NCBI GenBank assembly: GCA_051252135.1
Contig: JBPOGH010000024.1
Coordinates: 1 to 50,493 of the forward strand
Reading direction: 5' to 3'
Length of the DNA stretch: 50,493 bases
DNA from: Verrucomicrobiaceae bacterium
GTDB lineage: Bacteria > Verrucomicrobiota > Verrucomicrobiia > Verrucomicrobiales > Akkermansiaceae
The position numbers were made by a program, and so were the translations under genes. The notes beneath the pieces are model-generated. The model had not been told where the DNA came from, ran no database searches, and was given only the letters and a program-made list of their open reading frames with translations. Every line of letters starts with the position of its first letter. Position 1 is the first letter of the stretch. This document shows positions 28,671-37,771 of the stretch, in pieces.

Positions 28671-30632
28671 CTACCGCCGCAGCGCCTTCCCTCCCCGATA
28701 CTCCTCAAGATACCCCTGTAACACTTCCACCTGCCCCTTCTTCCCACCCCGCTCCGCGAGCACCAGTGCCCGCTCAACCACCTGCACCGCCGCCTCAAAA
28801 TTCCCCACCTCGGCATAACCCGCCGCCAAGGTCGCCAGCGTCACCACGTTTCGACCTCCTTCCTTCTCAACCACCGGGCCAATCAAACGCAGCGCTTCCT
28901 TCCCGTCCCGCACCTCATCATCACCGTGAGTCGCCAGCACCCAAGCCAGCTTGTTCGCCGCCGGACTCCAACCTTCTTGCAGTTTCAGCGCCGCACGATA
29001 ACTCCTCACCGCATCTCCCGCCCGGCCCATCCCCAGCAACACATTCCCCAGATGTAAAAACGTCTGCGCCCGCTGCGGTTCCAAGCGCACGGACTCACTC
29101 AATTCCACCAGCGCTTCTTCATTCTTCCCCGCAGCCGCATAAGCTAATCCCAGGTTATACCGCAGACTCGCATCCCCTCCCATGAACGGCACCGCCGCCC
29201 TCAGGTGCCCCGCCGCCGGCCCCACCGCACCCAACTTGAGAAGCGTCTCCCCTACCTCCTGATTTGCCCGCGCCGTCACCTTGCCTCCCTCAATAAACGG
29301 AGCAAACACCGCCACCGCCTCATCAACCCTCTCCTTCTCTAACAAAAGCTCCCCCAACCCATACCGCACCCCGATCACTTCATCCGTCCACTCCGCTTCC
29401 CCTTCCAAAAACTCCTTCAAATATCTCACTTCCCGCTCCGGCTTCCCCGCCTTCGCAAAGGCATGCGCATACCGACGCACCTGCGGCTCAAATGGCAACG
29501 ATGCCCACTGCCCCACAAACGGAACCGCCGACTCCCGCTGTCCCCGCACATCCTGCCCCAACTCACCCACATCCTTCAAAAACACCTCCACTCCCAAGCT
29601 TCCCTCATACATCACCGCCACTTTCCCCTTCTCATCTAACAAAAAATGACACGGCAAGGAAATCGGCCCCTGCAACTCCACAAAGGTCCCCCGAAACAAC
29701 TCCAGCGCCTCCAACAATTCCTTCGTCGCACCCATCCCCTCAAAAGGAAATCCCTCCGGAAGCTCCGCCACTTCTCCCCCCACAAACTCATCCACATTCA
29801 CCGCAATCACTTCCACCCCAGACTCCCGAATCTCCCTCTCCCGCGCCGCCCATTCCTTCATCTCTTCCACACACAGCGGGCAGGTCCCCGACCACAAACT
29901 CAGCACCCGCGCCTTCCCGTCCTGAGCCTTCACCCCCTCCACCTTCGGCAATGGAATCCGCCCCACCATCACCGTCCTCTTCAAGCCCTCCTCCATCACC
30001 ACCGGCAACTCCCGCACCGCCAACTCCACCTTCGGAGCATCCCAAATCTCAAGCACCCCGCCCCCTTCCACGCCGTCATAAAAAGCGCCCCCCTTCACCA
30101 TCCCAAACTCCTCCGTCTCCCCACCCGGCCACCGCACCGTCACCCTCGCCTCCTCCGCCTCACCCAACCCAAAGTGCAACCACCGACTCGACTGCGCCAA
30201 AAAACCATCCCCCGCCTTCACCGACTTCACCCGCCGCTCACCTCCCACGTCCAGAGTCACTTTCGCCCCAATCGCATCCCGATTCGACCTCGTCCCGCTC
30301 AACCGAATCGCCACCCAGTTCCCGCTTTCCCCACCCTCGTTCATCAACAACCTCACCCGCGGAGCCGTCCGGTTACTCACCCAGAAATCCACCCGCCCGT
30401 CAAAGTCCCAATCACAGCTCACCACCGCCCGCGCATCATCCGAAAAGTCCAGCCCCGTCACCGATGACACATCCGCAAAGCTCCCGTCTCGCAGGTTCAA
30501 AAACGCCGTATTCTTCTCCCGCCCGCTGAACGAACGCCCGCGCCCAATCAATTCACTCAGCGCCTTCCACCCGCGAAAATACGAATCCAATTCACTCTTC
30601 TCAGCCTCTTGTTTCTCGGGCGATTGCGACAC
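28671..30632 (-). CDS. ASPIC/UnbV + thioredoxin-like + TPR region; probably the C-terminal half of a UGA read-through protein 28671..32348
   Basis: SFSGREKN, DWDFDGRVD, SNRDAIGAKVTL, GDGFLAQSSRWLHFGLG, VRWPGG; WSGTCPLC; TPR helices; in frame with the upstream ORF, no signal peptide. Confidence 0.8.
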   Translation of the reverse strand: MSQSPEKQEAEKSELDSYFRGWKALSELIGRGRSFSGREKNTAFLNLRDGSFADVSSVTGLDFSDDARAVVSCDWDFDGRVDFWVSNRTAPRVRLLMNEGGESGNWVAIRLSGTRSNRDAIGAKVTLDVGGERRVKSVKAGDGFLAQSSRWLHFGLGEAEEARVTVRWPGGETEEFGMVKGGAFYDGVEGGGVLEIWDAPKVELAVRELPVVMEEGLKRTVMVGRIPLPKVEGVKAQDGKARVLSLWSGTCPLCVEEMKEWAAREREIRESGVEVIAVNVDEFVGGEVAELPEGFPFEGMGATKELLEALELFRGTFVELQGPISLPCHFLLDEKGKVAVMYEGSLGVEVFLKDVGELGQDVRGQRESAVPFVGQWASLPFEPQVRRYAHAFAKAGKPEREVRYLKEFLEGEAEWTDEVIGVRYGLGELLLEKERVDEAVAVFAPFIEGGKVTARANQEVGETLLKLGAVGPAAGHLRAAVPFMGGDASLRYNLGLAYAAAGKNEEALVELSESVRLEPQRAQTFLHLGNVLLGMGRAGDAVRSYRAALKLQEGWSPAANKLAWVLATHGDDEVRDGKEALRLIGPVVEKEGGRNVVTLATLAAGYAEVGNFEAAVQVVERALVLAERGGKKGQVEVLQGYLEEYRGGKALRR

Positions 30633-30656
30633 AACTTGCCGCCAAAAGAAACTTCA
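30626..30656 (-). promoter_or_regulatory. In-frame UGA plus candidate bacterial SECIS hairpin
   Basis: UGA AGUUUCUUUUG [GCGGCA AGUUG UGUCGC]; stem begins after 11 nt; 5-nt apical loop with GU at positions 2-3. Confidence 0.55.
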
Positions 30657-32348
30657 CAAATCACCCGTGTCCTCCGTCGTGATGAACCCGTTCCCCACGT
30701 ATAGATCCTCCCACCCGTCGTTATTCAAATCCGCAAATTTCGCCCCCCAGGCCCACCGCCCCATCGTCACCCCCGCCGACACACTCACATCCTCAAAACC
30801 ATCTCCCCCATTCGCAAACAAACTGTTCCCCCGCGCGTGCCGCTGAAACTCCTCATTCCCGCCCCCGTCCCGAAAATTCCGCTGATACGCAATCCGGTTT
30901 CCCGCACTCGAAAACATGTTGCTCACATAAACATCCGACCGCCCGTCGTTGTTAAAATCACCCCATGTCACCCCCATCCCCGCCGATAAATCCTCCACCC
31001 CCAACTCGCCCGCCACATCGGTAAACTTCCCACCCTCATTGCGATACAAATTGTTCCGCCCAAAGTCGTTCGCCACATAAAGGTCCGCATCCCCGTCGTC
31101 ATCGAAGTCCTCCCACGCGCACGCATAACTGTAGCGCCGGTTGTTCGCGTCCATCCCGCTCTCCTTCGTCACATCCTTAAATTTCCACCCGCCCTCATTC
31201 CGCAGCAAAATGTTCGGCCCGCCATTGTTCGCATCATGATAAGGCACCGGCTGACCCAAAATCCCACCTTCGCCGTCCCTCTCGCTCATCGGATTTCTCC
31301 CGCAAAAATACAAATCCAAATCACCATCCAAATCATAATCCGCCGCCGCCAACGAATGCAGATTCCCCTCCGACTTCACCTCGGCCTTTTTCGTAAACTT
31401 CCCCGTCCCGTCATTCTCCATCAGCACAAAATACCAAGCCTGCGCCATCGCCAAATCCTGGTCCCCGTCATTGTCCAAATCCACAAACAACGCCCCCCGC
31501 GTCACTTCCATCCAGTCCACTCCCGACTCCGACGAAACATCACGCAAGCGTCCATCCCTCTCCCGCACATAAAGCCGGTTCGGCAAACCTCCCTGCTGGC
31601 AAACATACAAGTCCTCCAGCCCATCCCCGTTCACATCCCCCAACGCCAGCCCCTGCAACCCATTCACCTCCACCCCAAAATCTCCCATCAGCCGCGACCG
31701 CCAATAATCCACCCCACGCATCATCTGCCCCTCAAACGACTCCACCCCCTCAAACACCGCCGCCGTCCCATCCACAAATCGCAAACCACCTTCCTTCGAA
31801 ACCACCTCTTCAAAACTCAAACACGCCACCCGCTCCAACTTCACCCCCTCCTTCTGACTCCACCCGCAACGCCACCGCCCACTCTGCTGCACCACCACCC
31901 CACCACGCCGTCCACTTCCTTGATAAAAAACCTCAGTCTCAAAGTCCCCCCACATCTTCTCCGGATTCCGCACCGACACCGTCTTTAACTTAAAGTCCAC
32001 CTCCCCCTCAAAGCCTGCCCGCAACCCCTCAACTCCCTCACCGTTCCCACTCCCCCGAAAAACCCGCACCTGCCCGTCCTCATAAACTCCCTCCAGTGTC
32101 ACCGGCCGAAAATCCCCCCGCTGCTTCCACTCCCCTCCATCACCCCCAATAATCTCCTCAAGAACCTTCCCCGTCGCCTCACTCACCACCTCCGACTCCC
32201 ACCCCGCATCGTTCAAAGCATCTTCTTTCCCCAGCACCGACTCCAATCCGTTCCGCACTTCAACCGATGGCACCACCACCGACTTCTCCCCCCAAGCCCC
32301 CGCAGCCCCGACCATCATCAAAAGTAAAAACCGTCGCGCCCAATTCAT
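30654..32348 (-). CDS. FG-GAP/VCBS repeat protein (CRTAC1-like); probably the N-terminal half of a UGA read-through protein
   Basis: Signal peptide; repeated D-x-[DN]-x-D-G-x-x-D-L motifs (GDVNGDGLEDL, DLDNDGDQDL, DYDLDGDLDL, DFDDDGDADL, DFNNDGRSDV, DLNNDGWEDL). Confidence 0.85.
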   Translation of the reverse strand: MNWARRFLLLMMVGAAGAWGEKSVVVPSVEVRNGLESVLGKEDALNDAGWESEVVSEATGKVLEEIIGGDGGEWKQRGDFRPVTLEGVYEDGQVRVFRGSGNGEGVEGLRAGFEGEVDFKLKTVSVRNPEKMWGDFETEVFYQGSGRRGGVVVQQSGRWRCGWSQKEGVKLERVACLSFEEVVSKEGGLRFVDGTAAVFEGVESFEGQMMRGVDYWRSRLMGDFGVEVNGLQGLALGDVNGDGLEDLYVCQQGGLPNRLYVRERDGRLRDVSSESGVDWMEVTRGALFVDLDNDGDQDLAMAQAWYFVLMENDGTGKFTKKAEVKSEGNLHSLAAADYDLDGDLDLYFCGRNPMSERDGEGGILGQPVPYHDANNGGPNILLRNEGGWKFKDVTKESGMDANNRRYSYACAWEDFDDDGDADLYVANDFGRNNLYRNEGGKFTDVAGELGVEDLSAGMGVTWGDFNNDGRSDVYVSNMFSSAGNRIAYQRNFRDGGGNEEFQRHARGNSLFANGGDGFEDVSVSAGVTMGRWAWGAKFADLNNDGWEDLYVGNGFITTEDTGDL

Positions 32349-32459
32349 CGGCTCCCAAATTCCCCCTTCCCCCCTCCCAAGTCAATCCACACCTTCCATC
32401 TCTGCCTCTCCCAAAACGTTGCCCTCACCCGCTCCTTTGCTAAAGTCCCCAAACACCCG

Positions 32460-34538
32460 ATGAAACTTCTCTCCCTTCTCATCTCACTCACTCTCCCCGT
32501 CCTCGCGACCGATGACATCGTCGTCGCCAACTTCGAAGGCCAAAACTACGGCGATTGGCTCATCGCCGGCACCGCCTTCGGCAAAGCACCCGCCACCGGA
32601 AAACACGGCACCCAACACGCTGTCACCGGCTTCCAGGGCAAGGGCCTCGTCAACTCCTTCACCCATGGCGACAAACCCACCGGCCACCTCCTCTCTCCCC
32701 TTTTTAAGGTCGAACTCGACCACCTCAACTTCCTCATCGGCGGTGGCCACCAACCCGGCAAACTCGAACTCCAGCTCCTCGTCAACGACCAGGTCGTCCG
32801 CCGCGCCACCTCTCTCATCAACGACGAAAAACTCCACCCCGGCACCTGGAACGTCGCCGACCTCAAAGGCAAGGAAGCCCAACTCCGCATCATCGACAAA
32901 GCCACCGGCGAATGGGGCCACCTCAACGTCGACCACATCGTCCAAAGCACCGAACCCACCCCCTCCCCAAAAATCGAGCAACCCAAAAAAGCGGCCCCTC
33001 CGGTCGCCAAAAAGGCCGACACCCCACCCGCCAAACCGGCCCCCAAAGCCATGCCAAAAGAGGCTCCCAAAGTAGCTCAAACTCCTCAGCCAAAACCTCA
33101 ACCCAAGGCCGACCCCAAGCCCAAACCCCAACCAAAAACGACCCCAAAACCCGCAGCAAAACCCGCGCCCGCCACCTTCGCCTACAACCACCCGCACCGC
33201 CCCCAATTCCACTTCACCTCTCAAAAAGGCTGGATCAACGACCCCAACGGCATGGTCCACGATGGCCAACACTACCACCTCTACTTCCAGCACAACCCCC
33301 ACGGCACCAACTGGGGCAACATGACCTGGGGCCACGCCACCAGCACCGACATGGTCCGCTGGACCCAACACCCCCACGCCATCACCCCCTACACCGTCGA
33401 TGACCGAAAAGGCACCATCTTCTCCGGCACCGCCGTCATCGATCACAACAATTCCCTCGGCGTCCAGCTCGGCGATACCAAGACCCTCGTCGCCTTCTAC
33501 ACCTTCGCCAACAAGCCCAAGTTCTACCAGGCCATGGCCTACTCCACCGACAACGGAAAAACCTTCACTCTCTGGAACGAAGGCCGGGCCATCGTCGACA
33601 ACCAGGGCTTCGACTCCGGCGAGCGCGACCCCAAGGTCTTCTGGCACGCCCCCTCCCAAAAATGGGTCATGCTCCTCTGGGTCCAACAAAAATCCAATCA
33701 GCACCCCACCGGCACCGCCCGCTTCTTCACCTCCGATGACCTCGCCCATTGGACCCACGCCTCCGACCTCAAACGCGACTGGGTCTTCGAGTGCATGGAC
33801 CTCGTCCACCTCCCGCTCGATGGCGACAAATCAAAAACCCACACCCTCATCTACGATGCCTCCTTCGACTACGAAGTCGGCAGCTTCGATGGCAAAGAGT
33901 TCAAAAACACCACCCCCACTCTCAAACAACAGGAAGGCCACTACTACGCCGCCCAAACCTTCAACAACTCCCCCGATGACCGCACCGTCATCATCGGTTG
34001 GATGCGCGGCAACACCGAACTCGCCCACCAGCTCAAACTCCCCTGGAACCAACAAATGTCATTCCCCTCGGAAATGACCCTGCGCTCCACCAAGGACGGC
34101 CCCCGCCTCTTCCTCTGGCCCGTCAAGGAGATCGACCAACTCGTCACCAAATCCCACGAGCTCAAAAATGGCGACCTCTCCGCCCTCCCCAAGCTCGACC
34201 TCCAGGACCTCACCATCCAATTCTCCCCCTCCAAAGAGCAGTTCACCATCTTCGAACTCCAGCACTGCCGCCTCCGCTACGATCTCGAAAAAGGCCTCCT
34301 CCAATGCCTCCAACCCGGCAACAAATGGGCCACCCTCTGCCGCCACCTCGCACCCCGCGATGGCAAAATCTCCCTCCGCCTCCTCATCGACCGCATGTCC
34401 GTCGAAGCCTTCGCTCACCAGGGTGAAATCACCGGCGCCCTCGTCCTCGACCCCCGCCTCGCCCCCAACACCCAAAACATCGTCGGCGCCCAAATCCACC
34501 ACCTCACCATCCGCGAACTCAAATCCTCCTGGAAATAA
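32460..34538 (+). CDS. GH32 levanase/beta-fructosidase with N-terminal accessory domain and Pro/Lys-rich linker
   Basis: WINDPNG, WGHATSTD, FSGTA, RDPKVFW, FECMD, YAAQTF; signal peptide. Confidence 0.9.
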   Translation: MKLLSLLISLTLPVLATDDIVVANFEGQNYGDWLIAGTAFGKAPATGKHGTQHAVTGFQGKGLVNSFTHGDKPTGHLLSPLFKVELDHLNFLIGGGHQPGKLELQLLVNDQVVRRATSLINDEKLHPGTWNVADLKGKEAQLRIIDKATGEWGHLNVDHIVQSTEPTPSPKIEQPKKAAPPVAKKADTPPAKPAPKAMPKEAPKVAQTPQPKPQPKADPKPKPQPKTTPKPAAKPAPATFAYNHPHRPQFHFTSQKGWINDPNGMVHDGQHYHLYFQHNPHGTNWGNMTWGHATSTDMVRWTQHPHAITPYTVDDRKGTIFSGTAVIDHNNSLGVQLGDTKTLVAFYTFANKPKFYQAMAYSTDNGKTFTLWNEGRAIVDNQGFDSGERDPKVFWHAPSQKWVMLLWVQQKSNQHPTGTARFFTSDDLAHWTHASDLKRDWVFECMDLVHLPLDGDKSKTHTLIYDASFDYEVGSFDGKEFKNTTPTLKQQEGHYYAAQTFNNSPDDRTVIIGWMRGNTELAHQLKLPWNQQMSFPSEMTLRSTKDGPRLFLWPVKEIDQLVTKSHELKNGDLSALPKLDLQDLTIQFSPSKEQFTIFELQHCRLRYDLEKGLLQCLQPGNKWATLCRHLAPRDGKISLRLLIDRMSVEAFAHQGEITGALVLDPRLAPNTQNIVGAQIHHLTIRELKSSWK

Positions 34539-34551
34539 ACCACCCCCAAAA

Positions 34552-34588
34552 GGCAGGGACGGATCTCCGGGCCCTCCGGCTGCTTCCA
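34552..34588. repeat. REP-like repeat, family B (short copy)
   Basis: GGCAGGGACGGATCTCCGGGCCCTCCGGCTGCTTCCA, ends shared with 21572-21640. Confidence 0.5.
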
Positions 34589-34728
34589 CCCCGCTCCCCC
34601 TTCCACCCCCAAACCACCCACAACCATCTCCCCCGCAAAAGGCTGCCAACGGCAGCAAACAATCAAAGCATGGGGCTTCAGCCCCATGACCCCCAACCTC
34701 CCGAATCACCCACAACCTCCCCTCGCCC

Positions 34729-35706
34729 ATGAAACACCTCCTCATCCTCCCCCTCCTTCTTTCCCAACTCACCGCTGCCGAAAAAACCCCGCACCCCACC
34801 TGGACCGATCCCGCCAAGGCCACCCGGGAAGCCCCCTCCTTCCTCATCCAAGGCGAATACCACGCCAAAGACGCCCCCCTCGCAGCCCAGGTCGTCGCCC
34901 TCGGCGGAGCAAATTTCGAAGTCTACCTCCTCGAATCCGGACTCCCCGGACTCGGTTGGAACCGCACCAAAGCCCGCCACCACCTTCTGGGAACCCTAGC
35001 CGACGGCCTTGTCACCTTCCCTCCGAATCACAACCACTCCGCCCAGATCGAAGAAGGAAAAATCACCATCCTCCGGGATGGAGATGAAAACCCCATCATC
35101 CTCCCCCGCATCACCCGCACCAGCCCCACCCTCGGCGCCAAACCACCCAAAGGATCCACCATCCTCTTCGATGGCACCTCGGTCGAACACTGGACCAATG
35201 GCAAGATGATCGACGGCCTTCTCCAGGCCACCGGCACCACCAGCAAACCCACCTTCAAGAGCTACCAACTCCACCTCGAATTCCGCACCCCCTACAAACC
35301 CTTCGCCCGCGGCCAGGGCCGTGGAAACAGCGGAGTCTACTTCGGCGCACGCTGGGAAACCCAGATCCTCGACTCCTTCGGCCTCGACGGAAAAATGAAC
35401 GAGTGCGGCGGCATCTACTCCATCGCCGCCCCCCGCCTCAACGCCTGCCTCCCCCCGCTCACCTGGCAGACTTACGATGTCGACTTCACCGCCGCCCAAT
35501 TCAACCCCGACGGCACCCGCTCCACCTGGCCCAAAATGACCGTCAAACTCAACGGCATCATCGTCCATCAGGATCGTGAGCTGAACAAAGACTTCACCGG
35601 ATCCGCCCCCAGCAACACCCCTCTCAAGGACGAACCCCTCCCCGTCTTCCTCCAAAACCACGGCAACCCCGTCGTCTTCCGCAACATCTGGGTCCTCCCC
35701 AAATAA
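34729..35706 (+). CDS. DUF1080 (3-keto-disaccharide hydrolase family) protein
   Basis: ILFDG, LHLEFRTP, GQGRGNSGVY, ETQILDSFG, WQTYDVDF, LQNHGNPVVFRNIW. Confidence 0.9.
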   Translation: MKHLLILPLLLSQLTAAEKTPHPTWTDPAKATREAPSFLIQGEYHAKDAPLAAQVVALGGANFEVYLLESGLPGLGWNRTKARHHLLGTLADGLVTFPPNHNHSAQIEEGKITILRDGDENPIILPRITRTSPTLGAKPPKGSTILFDGTSVEHWTNGKMIDGLLQATGTTSKPTFKSYQLHLEFRTPYKPFARGQGRGNSGVYFGARWETQILDSFGLDGKMNECGGIYSIAAPRLNACLPPLTWQTYDVDFTAAQFNPDGTRSTWPKMTVKLNGIIVHQDRELNKDFTGSAPSNTPLKDEPLPVFLQNHGNPVVFRNIWVLPK

Positions 35707-35736
35707 CGCTATCCCCTTGCGCTCCCCCACCCCCAC

Positions 35737-37002
35737 GTGTCTCCTTCCCCCGTGCCGCGCAACATCCCTCTCTTCATCGCCTTCCGGCTCCTCTTCAACG
35801 CGCGCTTTTACTACCCGGTCTTCGCCGTCCTCCAGCTCGACTACGGCCTCACCATGGCCCAGTTCGCCATTCTGAATGCCGTCTGGGCCGTCTCCATCGT
35901 CCTCCTCGAAGTCCCCTCCGGTGCCCTTGCCGATAAAATAGGCCGCAAGCGCATGGTCGTCATCGCCTCGATCCTCATGATCGTCGAGATGGCCCTCATC
36001 GCCTTCGTCCCCTTCGGAAACGCCTCCCTCATCTTCTGGGTCTGGGTCATCAACCGCATCCTCTCCGGCGCGGCCGAAGCCTCCGCCAGCGGAGCCGATG
36101 AAGCCCTCGCCTACGATTCCTTCCCCGCCGCCGAGCGCGAATCCCGCTGGCCCCAGGTCCTCTCCCGCCTCATGACCTTTTCCTCCTGCGCCTTCATCGT
36201 CGCCATGCTCGTTGGAGGAGCGATCTACGATGTCGACTTCCTCAACAACCTCCTCGGCACCTCGCTTGAAAAGGAAACCGTCATCCGCTTCCCCATCTAC
36301 CTCACCCTCCTCTCCGCCCTCATCACCCTCCCCATCGCGCTCTCGATGAAGGAACCCGAGGCCGACTCCGGAGACCTCGCCGAAGAATCAGTTTGGGGAA
36401 ACATCTCCAAAGCCGCCACCTGGATCATCGCCACCCCCGTCGTCTTCGCCCTCATCCTCGCCGCCCTCGTGCACGACACCCTCATGCGCCTCTTCCTCAC
36501 CATGAACTCGGAGTACTACCGGCTCATCGACCTCCCCGAGAGCGCCTTCGGCATCATCGGCGCGAGCTTTGCCGCCATGGGCATTATCATGCCCCGCATC
36601 GCCCGTCGCATGGTTGAGTCCGGTAAGATGGCCACCAACTACCTCTACGTCTCCGCCTTCACCTTCCTCGGTCTCCTCGGCATCGCCCAGGCCTGGCGAC
36701 ACTACGGCGTCCTCGTCGTCATCCTCTTCTCCGCCGGCTTCGGCCTCCTCAATTTCTTCTCCTCCCACTACCTCAACTCCAAGGTCGACTCCCGCCACCG
36801 CGCCACCGTCCTCAGCTTCAAAGGCCTCGCCCTCAACATCGGCTTCGGCACCACCAGCCTCCTCTACGCCGCCCTCCTCAAGGGCGTCGATAACGACTTC
36901 GAAGCCAGCCTCGCCTACCTCGCCCCCTCCTTCATCCTCATGCTCGCCCCCCTCATCGCCTACTACCTCCTCAAAGTCCGCCCCCAACTCAAATCTTCGT
37001 AA
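35737..37002 (+). CDS. MFS transporter
   Basis: About 12 hydrophobic segments; LEVPSGALADKIGRK (motif A), SGADEALAYDS, RATVLS. Confidence 0.9.
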   Translation: MSPSPVPRNIPLFIAFRLLFNARFYYPVFAVLQLDYGLTMAQFAILNAVWAVSIVLLEVPSGALADKIGRKRMVVIASILMIVEMALIAFVPFGNASLIFWVWVINRILSGAAEASASGADEALAYDSFPAAERESRWPQVLSRLMTFSSCAFIVAMLVGGAIYDVDFLNNLLGTSLEKETVIRFPIYLTLLSALITLPIALSMKEPEADSGDLAEESVWGNISKAATWIIATPVVFALILAALVHDTLMRLFLTMNSEYYRLIDLPESAFGIIGASFAAMGIIMPRIARRMVESGKMATNYLYVSAFTFLGLLGIAQAWRHYGVLVVILFSAGFGLLNFFSSHYLNSKVDSRHRATVLSFKGLALNIGFGTTSLLYAALLKGVDNDFEASLAYLAPSFILMLAPLIAYYLLKVRPQLKSS

Positions 37003-37669
37003 TCGCCTTTCCCACCGCCGCCTTCGGCTTCGGAATCAGCCACTCCACACACCCCGGCACCATCCGCTGCCACGCCAGCGCCTTCGTCAGATCGGATAGT
37101 ATTTCCGACTCCGACCGACGATTCACCATATTCGTATCTTCCAGAAATTGCGTCACCGTCTGCCCTGCCGCCCGCTCAATCGGCAAGGTGAACCACAGCG
37201 CCAGCGTCGCCAGACCCAGCACCGCAAACACGATCCCAATCGCCATCGATGGCGGAATTCGCGTCGCCACCGCGCCAAAAACCACAATCACCGTGGTGAA
37301 CGCTGGAGCCGCCCAGCCAAATTTCACCGCCCACTTCCGCCAACCCACCACTTTCTCCTGCCGCCGCGCCATCAGCACAATCCCCGCCAGCAGACCTGCT
37401 GCCGCCACATCCTTCGCCACCTTGGAGCTCGCCAAACCCGGCGGAATCACCAGCCGATCAGGCCCCAGGGCCAAAAAGGGACGCCGCTTCACTTCCACCA
37501 ACACCTCGGATGCCTTCCCCTGCTTCAGCACCGCCCGCGCAAAATCCTCCCCCGTCGGCGTCACCGGCACCTCCCCGCAGCGCCTCACCGTCCGGTCACA
37601 GAAGAACCGACGCGCCACCGCCGAGACAACAACGGTCAGAATTCCAAAGAGCAGTAAGAGCTTCCACAT
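36989..37669 (-). CDS. YugP/Zn_peptidase_2-like membrane protein lacking HEXXH
   Basis: Start ATG 37669 (MWKLLLLFG); TGEDFARAVL, VAAAGLLAG where VAAHExGH is expected, FTLPIERAA. Confidence 0.62.
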   Translation of the reverse strand: MWKLLLLFGILTVVVSAVARRFFCDRTVRRCGEVPVTPTGEDFARAVLKQGKASEVLVEVKRRPFLALGPDRLVIPPGLASSKVAKDVAAAGLLAGIVLMARRQEKVVGWRKWAVKFGWAAPAFTTVIVVFGAVATRIPPSMAIGIVFAVLGLATLALWFTLPIERAAGQTVTQFLEDTNMVNRRSESEILSDLTKALAWQRMVPGCVEWLIPKPKAAVGKAITKI

Positions 37670-37771
37670 GATTTCGAGAGTCATACCCTCTCCTGCCAGA
37701 CGTGACTTTTGAATTTCATTTTTCAACTTTTCGCGCAAACTCCGCGCCCACACCAAAAACCCCCGTTTAAA

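Noticed and set aside
30654..30656. Genome-wide UGA reassignment (code 4 or 25) as the explanation for the in-frame UGA
   Set aside because: Other genes end at TGA at their expected C-termini (for example 8742, 12182, 14966, 39208, 40690), and TGG is used for Trp throughout.
32950..33175. Pro/Lys/Ala-rich repeat in GH32 as a separate element or TonB-like domain
   Set aside because: It is in frame and simply a low-complexity linker between two domains.
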